DNA from: the human T2T-CHM13v2.0 reference genome, Homo sapiens
NCBI RefSeq assembly: GCF_009914755.1
Contig: NC_060933.1
Strand: one strand, 5' to 3'
DNA length: 64,000 nt
In this document: positions 30,163-45,987 of the stretch, piece after piece
Layout of the letters: each line of letters starts with the position of its first letter
Numbering within the stretch: the stretch's first letter is position 1
Notes under the pieces: generated by a model
What the model was told of the DNA's origin: nothing
What the model saw: only the letters and a program-made list of their open reading frames with translations
The model's database searches: none
Translations under genes and position numbers: made by a program

Positions 30163-30609
30163 ACAATAGACAATCATAGCAGATAGTCAAGTGTCTGATA
30201 ATTTTCTTTAAAAGAACCCATTTGGAAAGAGGAAGGAAAGGGGGGTGTGCATTTGGAAAGGGGAGGTAGGAAAACACTTATCTACCTGCAAGTCTTCCTG
30301 GAAATACCTGTGGTTGAAAGAAAGGACTACACTTAAGGGGAAGTGGTTGTGCCAAGGATCTCTTAGAAAAGAAGGTGAAATAAACGTTCCAGAGGAATTT
30401 GAGGATAAAAGATAATTTGCTTAAGACACACCAAGAAGTTCCCCAAAATTGGGAAGACCGGAAAGAAAAGGAAAAATAATGAGATCAGTGATGTATAAGA
30501 CATAAACTGTCCATATTATGATTAATAGATGCTTGCACTTCTGATGGCAAACAAATATGATAGAAGGTGCAATGAGATTGGAGCTTGAGGCATCTTAAAG
30601 ATTTGTAGA

Positions 30610-31010
30610 CACTATGAAGTGCAATAATGTGCCCCTCCAAAATTCATATGTTGAATTTTGTATAAAGCCTCCATGTGGCTTTATTGGAGTAAAGAAGTAA
30701 TTAAGATTAAATGAGCTCATAAGGGTGGGCCTCCTATGCAATAGGATTGGTATCTTTGTGAAACATACCACAGCACATGCTCTCTCCATCTCTCTCTGCC
30801 CCACAGGAAAGCACCTAGAAAAGGCCATGTGAGAACATAGTATGCAGGTGGCCACCTGCAATCCAGGAAGAAATCTGCCACCAAGAACCGAATTGGCAGG
30901 CACCTTGATCTTGGACTTATGGTCTCCAGAATGGTGAGAAAGTAAATTTCTGTTGTTTTAGTCACCTAGCCTGTGGTATTTTGTAATGATAATCTGAGCA
31001 GACTAAGAGA
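30610..31010 (+). mobile_element. MLT1A-like solo LTR
   Basis: cccctccaaaattcatatgttgaa...caccttgatcttggactt...taaatttctgttgttt...gcagactaaga. Confidence 0.85.
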
Positions 31011-31577
31011 ATAAGTAATCATTTTAAGTTAGAGTACATATCACTTACCAGGGACCTTGGGGAAATATTGAGTCTTGAAGGTAAAGACAGTTGAAGACCT
31101 GGTGGATGGGACAGGAAGGCACCTGAATTTAAGGATGACTTTCTTAAATAGCTTAGTGAGCTTTGATGGCTTCGTGGGAAATGCCTAGAGTGTTTGTTGC
31201 TTCCCACAACAGGACATAGTGGTCATCTTGAACACACAGGAGAAAATTTTATGCCCCAGTTCATCCTCCGCAGAAGAGGATGCTTTCCTCACTACCAAGT
31301 TGAAACTCAGGGCGGCTTTTTTTTTTGCCTCTTGTTAAATGTTCTCTTGCAACCATGGGGCAAGTAAAGATCTAAGATGTCTGTTTTTTTGCATGGAGTT
31401 GCAATGACAGCTAGGAACAATGGCAAGGCAAGATGAAAGGTGGCCACTAGAAGAGCAGGGTGACTACCTGAAGGAATCTATTACTTTGCCTAAAAAAATA
31501 CTCTTGCTAGATTAAGCTTTCTTGTGACTTCTATACAGTGATCCTAATTGTGTTTCTTGGATTCAGCAGAAATACTC

Positions 31578-31596
31578 CCACCACTATGACCAGCTA

Positions 31597-31645
<49 letters not shown>

Positions 31646-31746
31646 TTAGTAGAGACGGGGTTTTACCATGTTGGACAGGCTGGCCTCGAACTCCTGATCT
31701 CTTGATTCGCCCGCCTTGGCCTCTCAAAGTGCTGGGATTACAGGTG
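31578..31746 (-). mobile_element. Alu internal fragment with (TG)20 in the linker (31601-31640)
   Basis: cagctaattt(tg)20tacttttagtagagacgggg...gctgggattacagg. Confidence 0.9.
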
Positions 31747-33477
31747 AGATGGAGTTATTTCTTTATGTTATTTACTCTGTCTACAGCCAGAAAACATTGC
31801 AAAATTTAATCAAATTGTCTAACTCAGTAGATATTAAATGAAATTATGGCAGAAATCTATGTGAAGTAGGCTCCTTTTTAATAATTTTTTTTTATCCTTT
31901 CCATCATTCCTATTCTTATCTATCTATTAGGACCCAGTTCAAATCCAAGATTGCTATAGATTCATTTTTAATTACACGATTCATGAGATTTTTATCTTTG
32001 TCTCTGCTTTCTTGCATAGCTTTGAATTTGTACTTCCTATTCTAACATTTTTTAATACTGAGGATGATGTTTGCCTTTTCCAGCCAAGAAATTCTGAACT
32101 GCACGCACTCCATTGGCATCTTAGAGCTCAAAATATTATTAAAATGTCAGTTCGCCCTGATATTTGGAGAAAGGTCATTTTTTTTTTTCTAATTTAATAA
32201 ATGAGGTAAATACAGTCCCAACACAGTTAAGTGAATTTTTGAAGGTGCTGAGAAAAAAGAAAGAAACATTCTGTGAGGACCTACTAGGCATTGGCCAAGT
32301 ATGTGGACCTGACAATGAGAACTAAGATTATTTAGAGCTTGTGATGTGGTGGGCACTGTGCTATAAGATTTGCATTTAGGAAACCATATAAAACTCATTA
32401 TGTAGGCACTAGTAAACAAATGTTCCATGTGGGGAACTTAAGCCACAGAGATATTAAGTAACTTGCCAACTGTCCTGAAAGTCAGAGCTGACAACTAACT
32501 GTGAGCCTTCAGGCTTCAGAGACTACTTTTAAAATTACAACTCTATATGGCTTCATCAAATTTTTTACTATAGAATAGAAACATATTATAGTTATGTATT
32601 ACTATAGTTACTGTCAAGACACAGAAAACTCAGCAACTTTGTGAAAGTTTCTATAATTACAAGTTATAGAGCCAAAATATTAGTGGAATCCTGCACTAGC
32701 ACAAATGCAGTGCTTGTTCTAAAACAACATGCTTTATTCTTTTCACTTATGTAATGTTGTTAGCCCCTTTCAACCATGTTGTTTGTGGGGTAAGAAGACG
32801 GCATGAGATGTACACTCAGGAATTTGTTTATTGGCTCAGTCAGTCAACGTTTATGGAGCCCTAACTACACAACAGGCACCATTCTGGGCACCAGGGAAAT
32901 GATGAACCAAACAAACTTAGCCTCTTTAGTCCTTCCTGCTTCGTATCATTTAACAACTCATTGAATAGCGCTGAGACTCAGTTTCCTCAGAAATAACATT
33001 GTGGTAGCATTGGTGGTCTGATGTCTCATCAAAACAGTGTTAGCACATAACATTTTACACAGGCTTGACTTGTGATTAGTGTTCAATAAGTGGTAGCTAG
33101 TAGAATAATATGAATGCTTTAGATAATTAACATTACAGGTGTTCTGAGAAAGGGCAAGTCATATCTCTCTTGGAAAGTCAGGGAAGGCTTCACTCAGTGG
33201 AGAAGAGAAAAAGTGTCTACGAAGAAAACAAAATGAAACCAGAATACTGACTATGTACTTATGGTACAATTTTTTTTTCCCAATCCACTCAAAACAAACA
33301 GTAAACAATGGTTTTTAAAGCAACTGAGACTACTGCAACATTAAGGTAGGATGGAGGTATCCTGACTGTCAGACTTAGGAGCTCATAATTTGTCTTATGG
33401 TGATGACAAGTTACAGTTAATTTGGAAAGGACTCGTTGGGGCAAGTTGACATAAGACTGAACAAATTAAGAATAATC

Positions 33478-33606
33478 AGCAGGGTTAGGTGGTGCATGCC
33501 TGTAATCTCAGCTACTTAGGAGGCTGAGGCAGGAAGATTACATGAGCCCAGGAGTTTGAGGCCAGCCTGGCCCACATAGGGAGATTCCATCTCAAAAGAA
33601 AAAAAA
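33478..33606 (+). mobile_element. FLAM monomeric Alu
   Basis: Single monomer: gcctgtaatctcagctact...gagcccaggagtttgaggccagcctgg...ctcaaaa. Confidence 0.85.
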
Positions 33607-33746
33607 GTTGTTTTCCCAAATACACGTGTCTCTCCTATCCAAATATGTGTGCATATTTTTTAAGTTCTAATGTCACTTTTGCAAAGTTGCTTGTGGCTGC
33701 TCTGGTTTCATTGTCAGATGACTTAGTTCCAGTTGAGCACCTTCGC

Positions 33747-34331
33747 TTAAGCCGTTAAACAAATGAAAAGCAAAATTGTCACTTTTAAATAGAGTTCGCA
33801 CATAATCACATTTTGAAATGGTCCTCCTCTGGCTAAGGAGAAGTTGTGTGCATTATAATATTGAATTTTAAATAATATATTACACAAAATAGCTTCCAAT
33901 TTGATTTGAGGGGATATATTTTCATGAATTATTGAATATCTGATTATTGTAGAAAGCTTTAGCCATTATGCGCTGAAACTGTCATTCTCTCAGCTCTGTG
34001 ATATATGAGCTTGGTTATCAATATTTAAAGTTACAGTTAGCTCACTGTGAGGTAGCTGAAAGCTGAGACAAGAATTAATCAGCAATGACACAGGCAGAAC
34101 TCTTTCCATGCCCAAAGATGCTCTAGGAGAGTTTCCCAGCCGATCTATAGGTGTATTTCAAGTTCCAGACCATCTCACAGAAATCCACACATCAGGAAGT
34201 AGTTCTTATTAATCAGTGGGGAACTGATTCAATAGAAGAAAAATTTGCATATTTTTAAGATTTTCTTCATCTTCCAGAAACTTAAAAGTTTTGTATTAGA
34301 TAAAATTTCCTTGCAGCTGAACTAAATAATG
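33747..34331 (-). pseudogene. Candidate terminal pseudo-exon, PH-like
   Basis: Acceptor gtatattttattcag; 195-codon frame HYLVQLQGNFI*YKTFKF...WLKL... with 6 internal stops. Confidence 0.45.
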
Positions 34332-34415
34332 CTGAATAAAATATACTTTAATTTGTCTGATTTGTTTCTTCAACTACAATGTAAGTTCTCTAAAAGGAGG
34401 ACCTCTGCTTTCTGA

Positions 34416-34802
<387 letters not shown>

Positions 34803-35329
34803 TAAATCTTTACGTATTATTGGCTCTGAATTAATAAATTAAAAAAAATGAAAGTTTAGGGGTTAGTGATCACTATACACCTTTGTATAGAGTGGAACAT
34901 TGTTCCTTTGTATTATTCAAAATAGATAATTTATGTTTGTGCAAGAAAGCAATGCACTAGGAGCATGTTTTTTCCTCTCTTTTGACATAGTCAATTAGTA
35001 TTAGTATACTTGAGATACAGCCTGAAGCATAGCACACACATTTCTTCCCCTCATGGAGAAGTTTTCAGTTTTTTAGCAAATTGACACAGAAAATAATTAT
35101 TTATATATGTGATAAAGTATGCAAGCAAAGGAAATTGAAGATGCATTAGAAAAGCTTAACGAGAAAAGTGTATCCCCTTGTGGAAAAGAACTGCTTAGGG
35201 AGTGATATCAACCACGATACCGGAAGAGTTCAGACTCAGCCAAACAAAGCAGAAAGAGGTAAGGAAGAGAGTGATGGGTGCCCCAGGTGGAGGAAATAAC
35301 ATTTCTTTGAATGCACTGCTGTTTAACAT

Positions 35330-35420
35330 GAATTATAGTAAACAATAATTATCATACTCCACATTAAATTTTGTTAAGAGGGTAGATCTCATGTTACGTG
35401 TTCTTACAATAAAATAAAAT
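35330..35420 (+). mobile_element. L1MA 3' terminal fragment
   Basis: ttgttaagagggtagatctcatgttacgtgttcttac. Confidence 0.65.
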
Positions 35421-35556
35421 TTTAAAAATTATAACAAATTATTAAAATCGAGAATGTTTGTGGCACATTTGAGGAGCCCAAAACATTTATTAGGTGAGAA
35501 GCAAAGAGACTTCTCTCATCCTTATCCCCTATATTAATGGAGCTGTAGTGTCTTAC

Positions 35557-35585
35557 TTTCCAATGGAATTGCCTCTCTGACTCAA
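35557..35585 (-). pseudogene. Candidate 29-nt exon (ESERQFHWK)
   Basis: Long pyrimidine tract ctctttcattctcttttcttcaccacctccttttccag and donor AAA|gtaaga. Confidence 0.55.
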
Positions 35586-35785
35586 CTGGAAAAGGAGGTG
35601 GTGAAGAAAAGAGAATGAAAGAGGTTTAACACTTGAAATTTCATAAGACCTTTAGGACATTTGAGCCTCTCTCTCTCATTGCTTCTTTTTTCTTCCACTC
35701 ACACTTGCACAGATGCAGACACTCATACACATAATTTTGCATACAATTTCAGGGGTCAGGAATCTTGTCAGTATGAATCTCATAC

Positions 35786-35982
35786 TGATTTTGCTCTTTA
35801 TGCCTGCAGCTCTGTGTTCTACAGTACAGCATCTTCCATGGATACCTATCAGAATGTTTTCTTTGACAGAAATTAGTATATTTCGAGGCAGATTTGAACA
35901 GCATATCATTTGTAATGAATTTTTATTTGGTTACCAATGTGTTTCTAATTTTTAAAGTAATTTAAAATGTATTATTTTTTTC
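35786..35982 (-). pseudogene. Candidate pseudo-exon
   Basis: Acceptor atgtttgtctgtgtttag, donor TCA|gtatga; overlaps ORF 35676-35909. Confidence 0.4.
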
Positions 35983-36536
35983 CTAAACACAGACAAACAT
36001 ATTCTTGATCTGTGCTTAAAACCCTAGAAATTCCCGCCAACACGTTGGGTGTTTTTCTTTACCTGTCTTGTTTCCCTTTATCCCTTGACCTCAGAGAAGC
36101 TCAGATACAAATCTAGTTCTTGAGGACAGTATTTTCTGTCCTATATACTTTTTGCATGTTTCCTTTTCATCTTTATGGACGTTAGATTCATGTGTACTTT
36201 CAAAAACCTCACTTCTCCCTTAATTCAAGCCAGTTTTCCATCACTTTCAACTTTTTCGTATTCTAAATAATATGTGCTATTTCTTGATTAGATACCATTT
36301 ATGTTTCTATTGTCTTACATCTATAAAAGTTGGCAATTTATCTGTTATACTTGTCCCTCATATATTTTACATGCATACACCCTGCTTTCATAGTAAATTA
36401 ATATTGTAAATTCTGGTGCAATCTGTATTCAGTTACGATACTAATATAACTATGTAAATGTTTTGCATAGAGGAACGACATGGTGAACTGAAGTAGTCTT
36501 CCCCGTTCCTCATAAATGTTTAGTTTAAACTATTTA

Positions 36537-36865
<329 letters not shown>

Positions 36866-37200
36866 TTAGATTTCTGTATATCAATAATTATCCCTTTTAT
36901 GTCCAGACTGAGCTGTGAATCTGGTTATATAGGAGTCCCATTTTTCCTTAGAATTTCCTTCTTGGAACCCTCTATGCTTTTGCCCAAATCTGGCTTGGTT
37001 ATTGCTGTACACACCTGCTATTGCTGGATTGTCCTTCACTATAATTCAAGAAATTCCCTTCCTAACTCTTCTCTGTTGCATCTTCTGTCCCCTGGATCCC
37101 ATATTTTCCCCCTGGTTTTATTTAGTCCATTTTCTGATGGGGAATATTTTCCAGTAACTTTCGCAAAAAGGGTGCTCCAAGTAATTCTGAAGCATACCTG

Positions 37201-37769
37201 ACAACAATATTATTTTAGCCTTAAAAAAGGGGGTAAATCCTGTTATTTGAAACATGCAAAAACCCTGAAGACATTATACCAAGAGAAATAAGCCAGACAC
37301 AGAAAGCCAAGTACTGCATAACCTCACTTCTATGTTGAATCTTTAAAAAAAAAAGTCAAACTCATAGTAACACAGTAGAATGGTGGTTATCAGGGGCTAC
37401 AAGGTGGGGAAAAAGTGACGATATTAGTAAAAGACATTAATAAAACCTTCAGTGATAAAATGAGTAATTACTGGAAACCTACTGTACAGCATGGTGAGTG
37501 TAATTAAGAACAAGGCTTTGCATACTTGGAATTTGCTAGGAGTGTAGACCTTAAGTGTTCTCACTATGTTTCTACTATGCATATAAATCCATGGTAACTA
37601 TGTGAGGTGGTAGATATGTTAACTAGCTTGGTTGTGATAATCATTTCAGAATGTGTGTACACACATATATGTATATATATATATAAGTATATCGAAACAC
37701 CATGTTGTACACCCTAAATGTATACAATTTTCATTTGTCAATCATATCTCCATAAAGCTGGGAAAAAAA
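37201..37769 (+). mobile_element. L1MA8/9-like 3' UTR
   Basis: aataagccagacacagaaag, atggtaactatgtgaggtg, ataaagctgggaaaaaaa. Confidence 0.85.
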
Positions 37770-38924
37770 TCCAGAACTCCTTATATAAAACAAACAAAGA
37801 AACAAAAAAGATAGTATCATTATACTTGGAATTCTGAAGTTTTATGCTGATGTGCTTGGGTGTGGAGCTTTACAATTTGTTGTGCTGAGTGCTTGGCTGG
37901 CTCTTTCAATCTGGATAGGCATATCCTTTACTTCTGGACAATGTTTCTGAATTATATCTTTGATCATTTTGTACCCTCCATTTTTTCTTTCTGTTTCTGA
38001 CCTCTCATAGTCAGATTTGGGTCCTACTATGTGGAGCTTCTGACTTTCTTCTGTTTTGTTTCTCATTTATTTGTTTTTTTGTTTTATTGCGCTATTTTAG
38101 ATTTTCTCAAAATTATCTTCAAATTCTGATATTTGACCTTTTTAATATTTGTTGCTATTGATTTGATTTCTGAGAGCTTTTTATTGTTTTTCTGTTTTTG
38201 TAGCTGTAATTTTTTTTCTTATGTATCCCAAGATGTTGATTTTAGTTGGTATTTCGTTTTGCTTCAGATATTCTGTTTCAACCAATTTCTTTTGTTTAAT
38301 TGTGTTTGTCTCCTTCAGGATAGAAGTTATTCTTAAATTTCTCGTGATCCCTAGCTATTATGCATATATAAATGAGGCATTAGATAACCTATCTGTTCCT
38401 GATGAGACTTGTCTACTAGTGTGCTATCTGCAGGGCAATTATTAGAGACTGGAAGATTAGCACAACATCTTCACCTCTGAACTGGGTCCATTTCTCTCCA
38501 CAGGAATTCTCTGGTCTCCAATGTGGGTGGTATACCTGACCACTAACTATTCCGAGCTGAGTTGGAGAAAAAGAGCTAGTGTTTCATTCTTCAATATGTA
38601 GATTTCCATTTAATCCAGTTCCTTTTCACCTTAGCTCTCTCCTGTGTCAGGTGACACTGAATCCCATGCATTTCTTCTTCTATTTAACCAGTAAACTTAC
38701 TTTCTATCTACAGAGGCGGCCATGGGCGGTAGTTTCCTGGCTATATGACGTGAGTGGGAGAGTTTGGGAACTATTTTTAATTCATAATTTCATCCAACCT
38801 ACATCATTTTAGCCCAAACTTTTTATGAGCTTTTTTCTAGTTCCACAACACTGATCTACTTGATCCCTGTTGCCACCAGCTTTTGTAAAACTTAGATTTT
38901 AGCTTTCTCTGTTTTTAAAAAATA

Positions 38925-39286
38925 ATTATTTTACTTTTTTCTTTTTTAAATAGAATTATGGAGTACAAGTGTAGTTTTGCTATGTAGGAATGTTGCATAA
39001 TAGTAAATTCTCGGCTTTTAGTGTGCCTGTCAACCAAATAGTGAACATTGTACCCTATAGGTAATTTTTCAACCCTCACCCCCCACCTCATCTTCCCACC
39101 TTTTGGAGTCTCCAGTGCCTATTATTCCCTTTTGTGTGTCCAGGTGTGCCCATTGTTTAGTTCTTACAAGTGAGAACATGTGGTTATTTGACTCTGTTTC
39201 TCAGTTCATTTAGGATAATGGCCTCCAGCTCCATTCATATTGCTGCAAAATACATGATTTCATTTTTTGTGACTGAATTGTATTCC

Positions 39287-39321
<35 letters not shown>

Positions 39322-39399
39322 ATACACCATGTTTTCTTTATCAGAGTCAGCGGGTAGTAGACACAGGTTGATTCCGTGACTTTGTTATTGTGAATGGTG
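38925..39399 (-). mobile_element. L1PB3/4-like 3' end containing (TG)14 at 39290-39319
   Basis: caaatagtgaacattgtaccc...aagtgagaacatgtgg...ggataatggcctccagctcc. Confidence 0.85.
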
Positions 39400-39630
39400 T
39401 TTTTTTAAAAGTCTATTACTGCCCATCCAGCATTATGGCTACCAAAAATTTGCTTTCTTTGGAGATTTATTACTTTTTAAAAAATTATTTATCATGAGGT
39501 TAAAGAGAATAGAGAAAAAAATTCATGTATTCAATCTGCATCTTTTTAAGCATATGTTTCTCAGATCATTTTTCCACAGTGTTTTTGTGATCTGAAAATG
39601 ACAGTGTATGTGACTTAGTTAAAGACTTAC

Positions 39631-41537
<1,907 letters not shown>

Positions 41538-43020
41538 CTGTAAAGTAAACACCTGATTTGGAAATTATTTGTCACTATCTTAAAATTTATAGTAAACATT
41601 GTTAACATGATATGAATGTAATGATGACATATACTCATTTATAACTTTTTAAGGTATGTTACACTTTTGCCTTTTTTTCACATTTCTAGAACTAATTAAT
41701 ATAACATGATGTCATATAATCTTATATTTTTCAAACAATACTAATTTTAGCTGGAATTAAAACATTCTTATTTATTGTTTTCATTAATAATTAATATTTT
41801 ATTAATATTTACTTTTTACCACACTCTAGCAATTAATTTTCTATCTTCCAATATGTGTAATATTTTTGAATAAGAATATACTAATGATTCAGTTTAAGAG
41901 AACACACTAATATATTAAACCATGGTAATAAGGAGTATGAGAATATGCACAAGCATGAACAATTGTATGCCTAAGGCAGTTAATAAAGAAAATCAAACAG
42001 CACTTTCTTCCTAAGCAATGACCTTAGTAACAGGAATATAACACAATTTATACATATTTCAAAGCAATAAGTTATAAACAAGAAATATATACAATTTTTG
42101 TTAATTAAAAAGTAAATAACTAGGAATAAAAATGTTTAAAAAAATTTTAGTAATCAATTTATAAGCATTTGTCAAATAAAAATGAATATATCCATGGCCC
42201 CATCAGTTAAATGTTTAGCTATTTTCCTCCATGAGTCACTTATGTAAGCAAACAAAGGATACATACAAAAGGGTTCACTATAACACTACTTGTAGTAGAG
42301 CAAAGTAGAGATGATTAAAAACAGATATAGCATACTGGTACTAATTACTATATAGCTACCATGGAATATTATGCAGCACTTAAAAATAATCTATAAATCA
42401 GTTTGTACAAAAATCGAAGGTCAGAACAAGTAATTTTCAGGAAAAGCAAACCCTCCAAATTATATTAATGTACATGTATATACATACACATATATATGTA
42501 AATAAATATACAGTGAAAGACTTAAAAGGTACGTTCTGGATTCTAACCAGAAAAATTTTGTGGAAGACAAGAATGTGAAGTCAGCATTGAAGGGAAAGTT
42601 TTGACTTCTATTATCTTTTGTTATTGTTTGAATTTTTCAGAGGAAAATACATATTTATGTACTGCCTGGGAAGCAAGGAAAAAGGAAAGCAGAAATGAAA
42701 GAAGGAAGTGTGTGGGAGGGAATCCACACGAAAATAGTAAAGAGGGCTACTCTAAAACCAAATTTGATTAATATGATTCCAATGAAGAAAGTCATAGAAA
42801 TTATTTTTAAACTCATAAATAAATCACCATGTCAATAAGATTATTATTGTCATTTCAAATTTTATACATTCTCCCAAATACATTAACAAAACAAAGTTTA
42901 GGAGGATAATAGGTACGTTGGAGAATAAGTGTGTGAGAAGTTTGCAAATATCAATCTAAGGTCTACCTTTAAAACTAATAGGGTAGATAACTGAAACTAG
43001 ATGAATGATAGCAAAAATTA

Positions 43021-43255
43021 ATAATAGTTAAGATTTCTAGAGGACTTGCTAGGTGTCAGATACTATCCTAAGTTTTTTAAAGTACTAGCTCATTTAATAT
43101 TCATAACATCCCTAAGAGGTATGTCCCATTTTACAGATGGGGGTTCTGAGACGCAGGGGCAATAAATTGCTCAAGGGCATAAAGATAGTGGCTGATATAT
43201 GATTAGATCCAAGTGGTCTGCTTCCAAGTCTTTGTGATTCTGAAAATGACTCTGA
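43021..43255 (-). mobile_element. MIR
   Basis: ctcatttaatattcataac...cccattttacagatgggggttctgag. Confidence 0.8.
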
Positions 43256-43734
43256 ACTGCCAAGAAGAATATTAACATAATAACAATTACCATTTGGAAA
43301 ACATACTTCATAATCCTTTCATAATAGCAATAAAATGTGAAATAGTGAGGCATAAATTGAATAGGCAATATGTAGTCATAAATAAATCTGTAAGGTCATA
43401 TTAGAGAGAATATAAAAAAAGATTTGATGAGATGGTTGGATACACTAGGTTCCTGAATGGGAAGAAAAAATATTGGAAAATTGTCTATTAACCATGATTT
43501 TTAGATTTAATTTAATTCAAACCAAAACCCAAATCTTCTTATCTTTGAAAATTAATTAAATGATTTTATATTCATTTAGAAATGTAAGTAGGTGAAAGGG
43601 CCAATATTCAATAAGTCAAGATCAATGAGGGCAGTCTAGTCTTACCAGATAATAAAAATAGTAACATTTTGAAAATACGGAAACATAAAACAGTAAAATT
43701 GAATAGAAATATATGATCACACAGGTAATGTGAA

Positions 43735-44255
43735 TGTCTTATTTAGCTTGCCTTTGGTTGGTTGTTAATTGCAACTACTTGTGACTTGCTTCAATTATAA
43801 AGAAGAATTGCTTACTTCACAAAACTGGAAAACTCAAAATTACATGGGCTCAGGTAAGGTTTGTTCAAAGATTTAACCTCCATTTCTCTGTGGTTCTCTT
43901 AACTCGGGCTTCTTCTCAATGTCAGCCCCATTTCAGACTGGTCTTCCTCATGGCTTCAAGATAGCAACATATTATCAATTAAGGCTTTGTTGCCCCTTAT
44001 CCGTAAAAAGGTAACAGACTGGGTAGGTTTCCACCACTATCAAACAAAAGATCCTATGTTAGTGCTAACTAAACCCTTATGAATCAACATTATGGTCAGG
44101 GGAATGCCACATATTTTGTGCCAGGTTAGGGTTTAAGGTCAACACCACTCCTCACCAGGCAGCGGTGTAGTAGGAGACTGGCTTAGCAAGAGGAAAATCT
44201 CCATGAAATTGGAACGGTGTAATGGAAAGGATGTTAGCTAGGCAACGAGGAAACA
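43735..44255 (-). mobile_element. MLT1K-like LTR
   Basis: tgtcttatttag start, tcttcctcatggcttcaagatagc, tatggtcaggggaatgcc. Confidence 0.6.
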
Positions 44256-44916
44256 AGTTATGTATATATATATGCATATGAATAAATGTATGTGATTACA
44301 ATTTTATTTTTAAATGATACAAGTGAAATATGATTATAAAATAAAAACTGCTTGAATAGTATTTATGAATATTTCAAAAGTAAACTAATAATTTTGTTAT
44401 TATTAATTTCATCATTATTTTTACTGAATATTCAAATCCAAGCTGTGGTATCCTAGCAAACATAGAAATATAGATGCAAACTGAGCTTCTGCTGAAATAG
44501 AGAAAACTGTATATGAACATATGAACTAATAAAAGTGGATCATTTATCAAGCTTTGGATGGTAAGCAAAGAAAAAGCCTTTTACATTGGCTTAAGCAATG
44601 AAGTGATTTATTATTCCATGTAACTGAAAAAATCCCAAATCATCATTCTCATTTTACAGATAGTGCAGTGGAATGTTAGAAAGTTTAAATAACTTACTTG
44701 CAGTCCCACAGGTTACAAATTCAAAGAGATTTTAACCTAGATTTCTGTCTCCTTAGCTCTCAGTGCTCTATGTGGTTTCATTATCACTTTGTTTTTCTCT
44801 TGGAAGAATTGACTCAAGCTTCTATAAAAGAAGCCATTTGGGAAGAAAATATGACACAAATTTAAACTTTTAAGTAGGACATAACAGTGAGACGAAATCA
44901 ATAAACACCATCTTAC

Positions 44917-45469
44917 TATCTGAGAATGAGATTCCTTTTGTGAAGGAGACTATTTTTGTTGAGGAAATAACTGGAAATACTACTTCAAGTAGGTCAGATT
45001 CATTTTTGGAATATGTCATGGCATTAAAAGAGAGGGAAAAACGTACCTATTGAAGACTAAGGCAGTATTTTCTTTGGAATTTCTGAGATCAAGTAGGGGA
45101 CATGGATAAGGAGAAACGAGTATTTAAAACTATGTATATATTATGGGAGGCTGGGAGAAGAGTCAGGAAACAGAGAATATATGTGGTGGGGTAAGTGGGG
45201 AACTGCGGTGATGGGGGCAATGGTCAGAGACTTTGAAGGTTGTTTGTATTCCTGTGATGTAAACACTTGTTTTGCCTCCTCCCAGCGCTTGAAGTCTTCG
45301 GCCATCTTGCCCATATTCAGAAATGTTTCGGGAAAATCTACATACTTATAAAGTGGAAGACAGAAGTGAATATTTGAGCTAAAATTTCAGCATGGTACAA
45401 AGGAGAGAAGGTCTGGAAATAGGGCCCGAAGGCTGAGAGTCCCCCAAAACAAAAATACTTTCTAAAAAT
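44917..45469 (-). pseudogene. Three candidate pseudo-exons (45469-45346, 45082-45047, 44970-44917)
   Basis: Acceptors attttctgtag, cccctacttgatctcag, gtatttccag; donors gtatgt, gtacgt, gtaaga; each has an open frame. Confidence 0.4.
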
Positions 45470-45935
45470 CTACAGAAAATTATTGGGGATAAGTGCTTTT
45501 GGACATCCAAGGCCCTTGGAGTTAAGAGCACTGACTAATTCAGCTTGGGGTTTGAAGATCAGAGAGGCCTTCTGCTGCGCTACTAATTGAGGTGTATTTG
45601 TAAATGAACACCACATGATACCAACACAGGCTTTTCTTATAAACACTCTTCACCTCCATTTAAAATTCATTCAGAGAACGTTTATGGGTCCTCTGACACC
45701 CTACCAAACTCGAGATGCTCAACACAAAAGTGCCTTCCTATCTTTATGGAGTAGGCATTGTACTAGAGAATTTAATAATCATCATCAAGCAAGAAATTTC
45801 ATAATTGTTATTATTTTAGTTTTAATTGTGATAAGTGATATCAAGGAGAAATGCAGGAGTTAAGAGACCATAAGCTTCCCACAGTGAGCCTGCAGGATCC
45901 TGGGAACAGCTTCTTGAAGAAATGAAATTTTGGCT

Positions 45936-45987
45936 GAGCTTTGGCTAGAGAGTGGGGTAAAGAGCCTTGGCTAGAGAGTGGGGTAAA
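45936..45987. repeat. 26-bp tandem duplication within L2-like sequence
   Basis: gagctttggctagagagtggggtaaa / gagccttggctagagagtggggtaaa. Confidence 0.9.
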
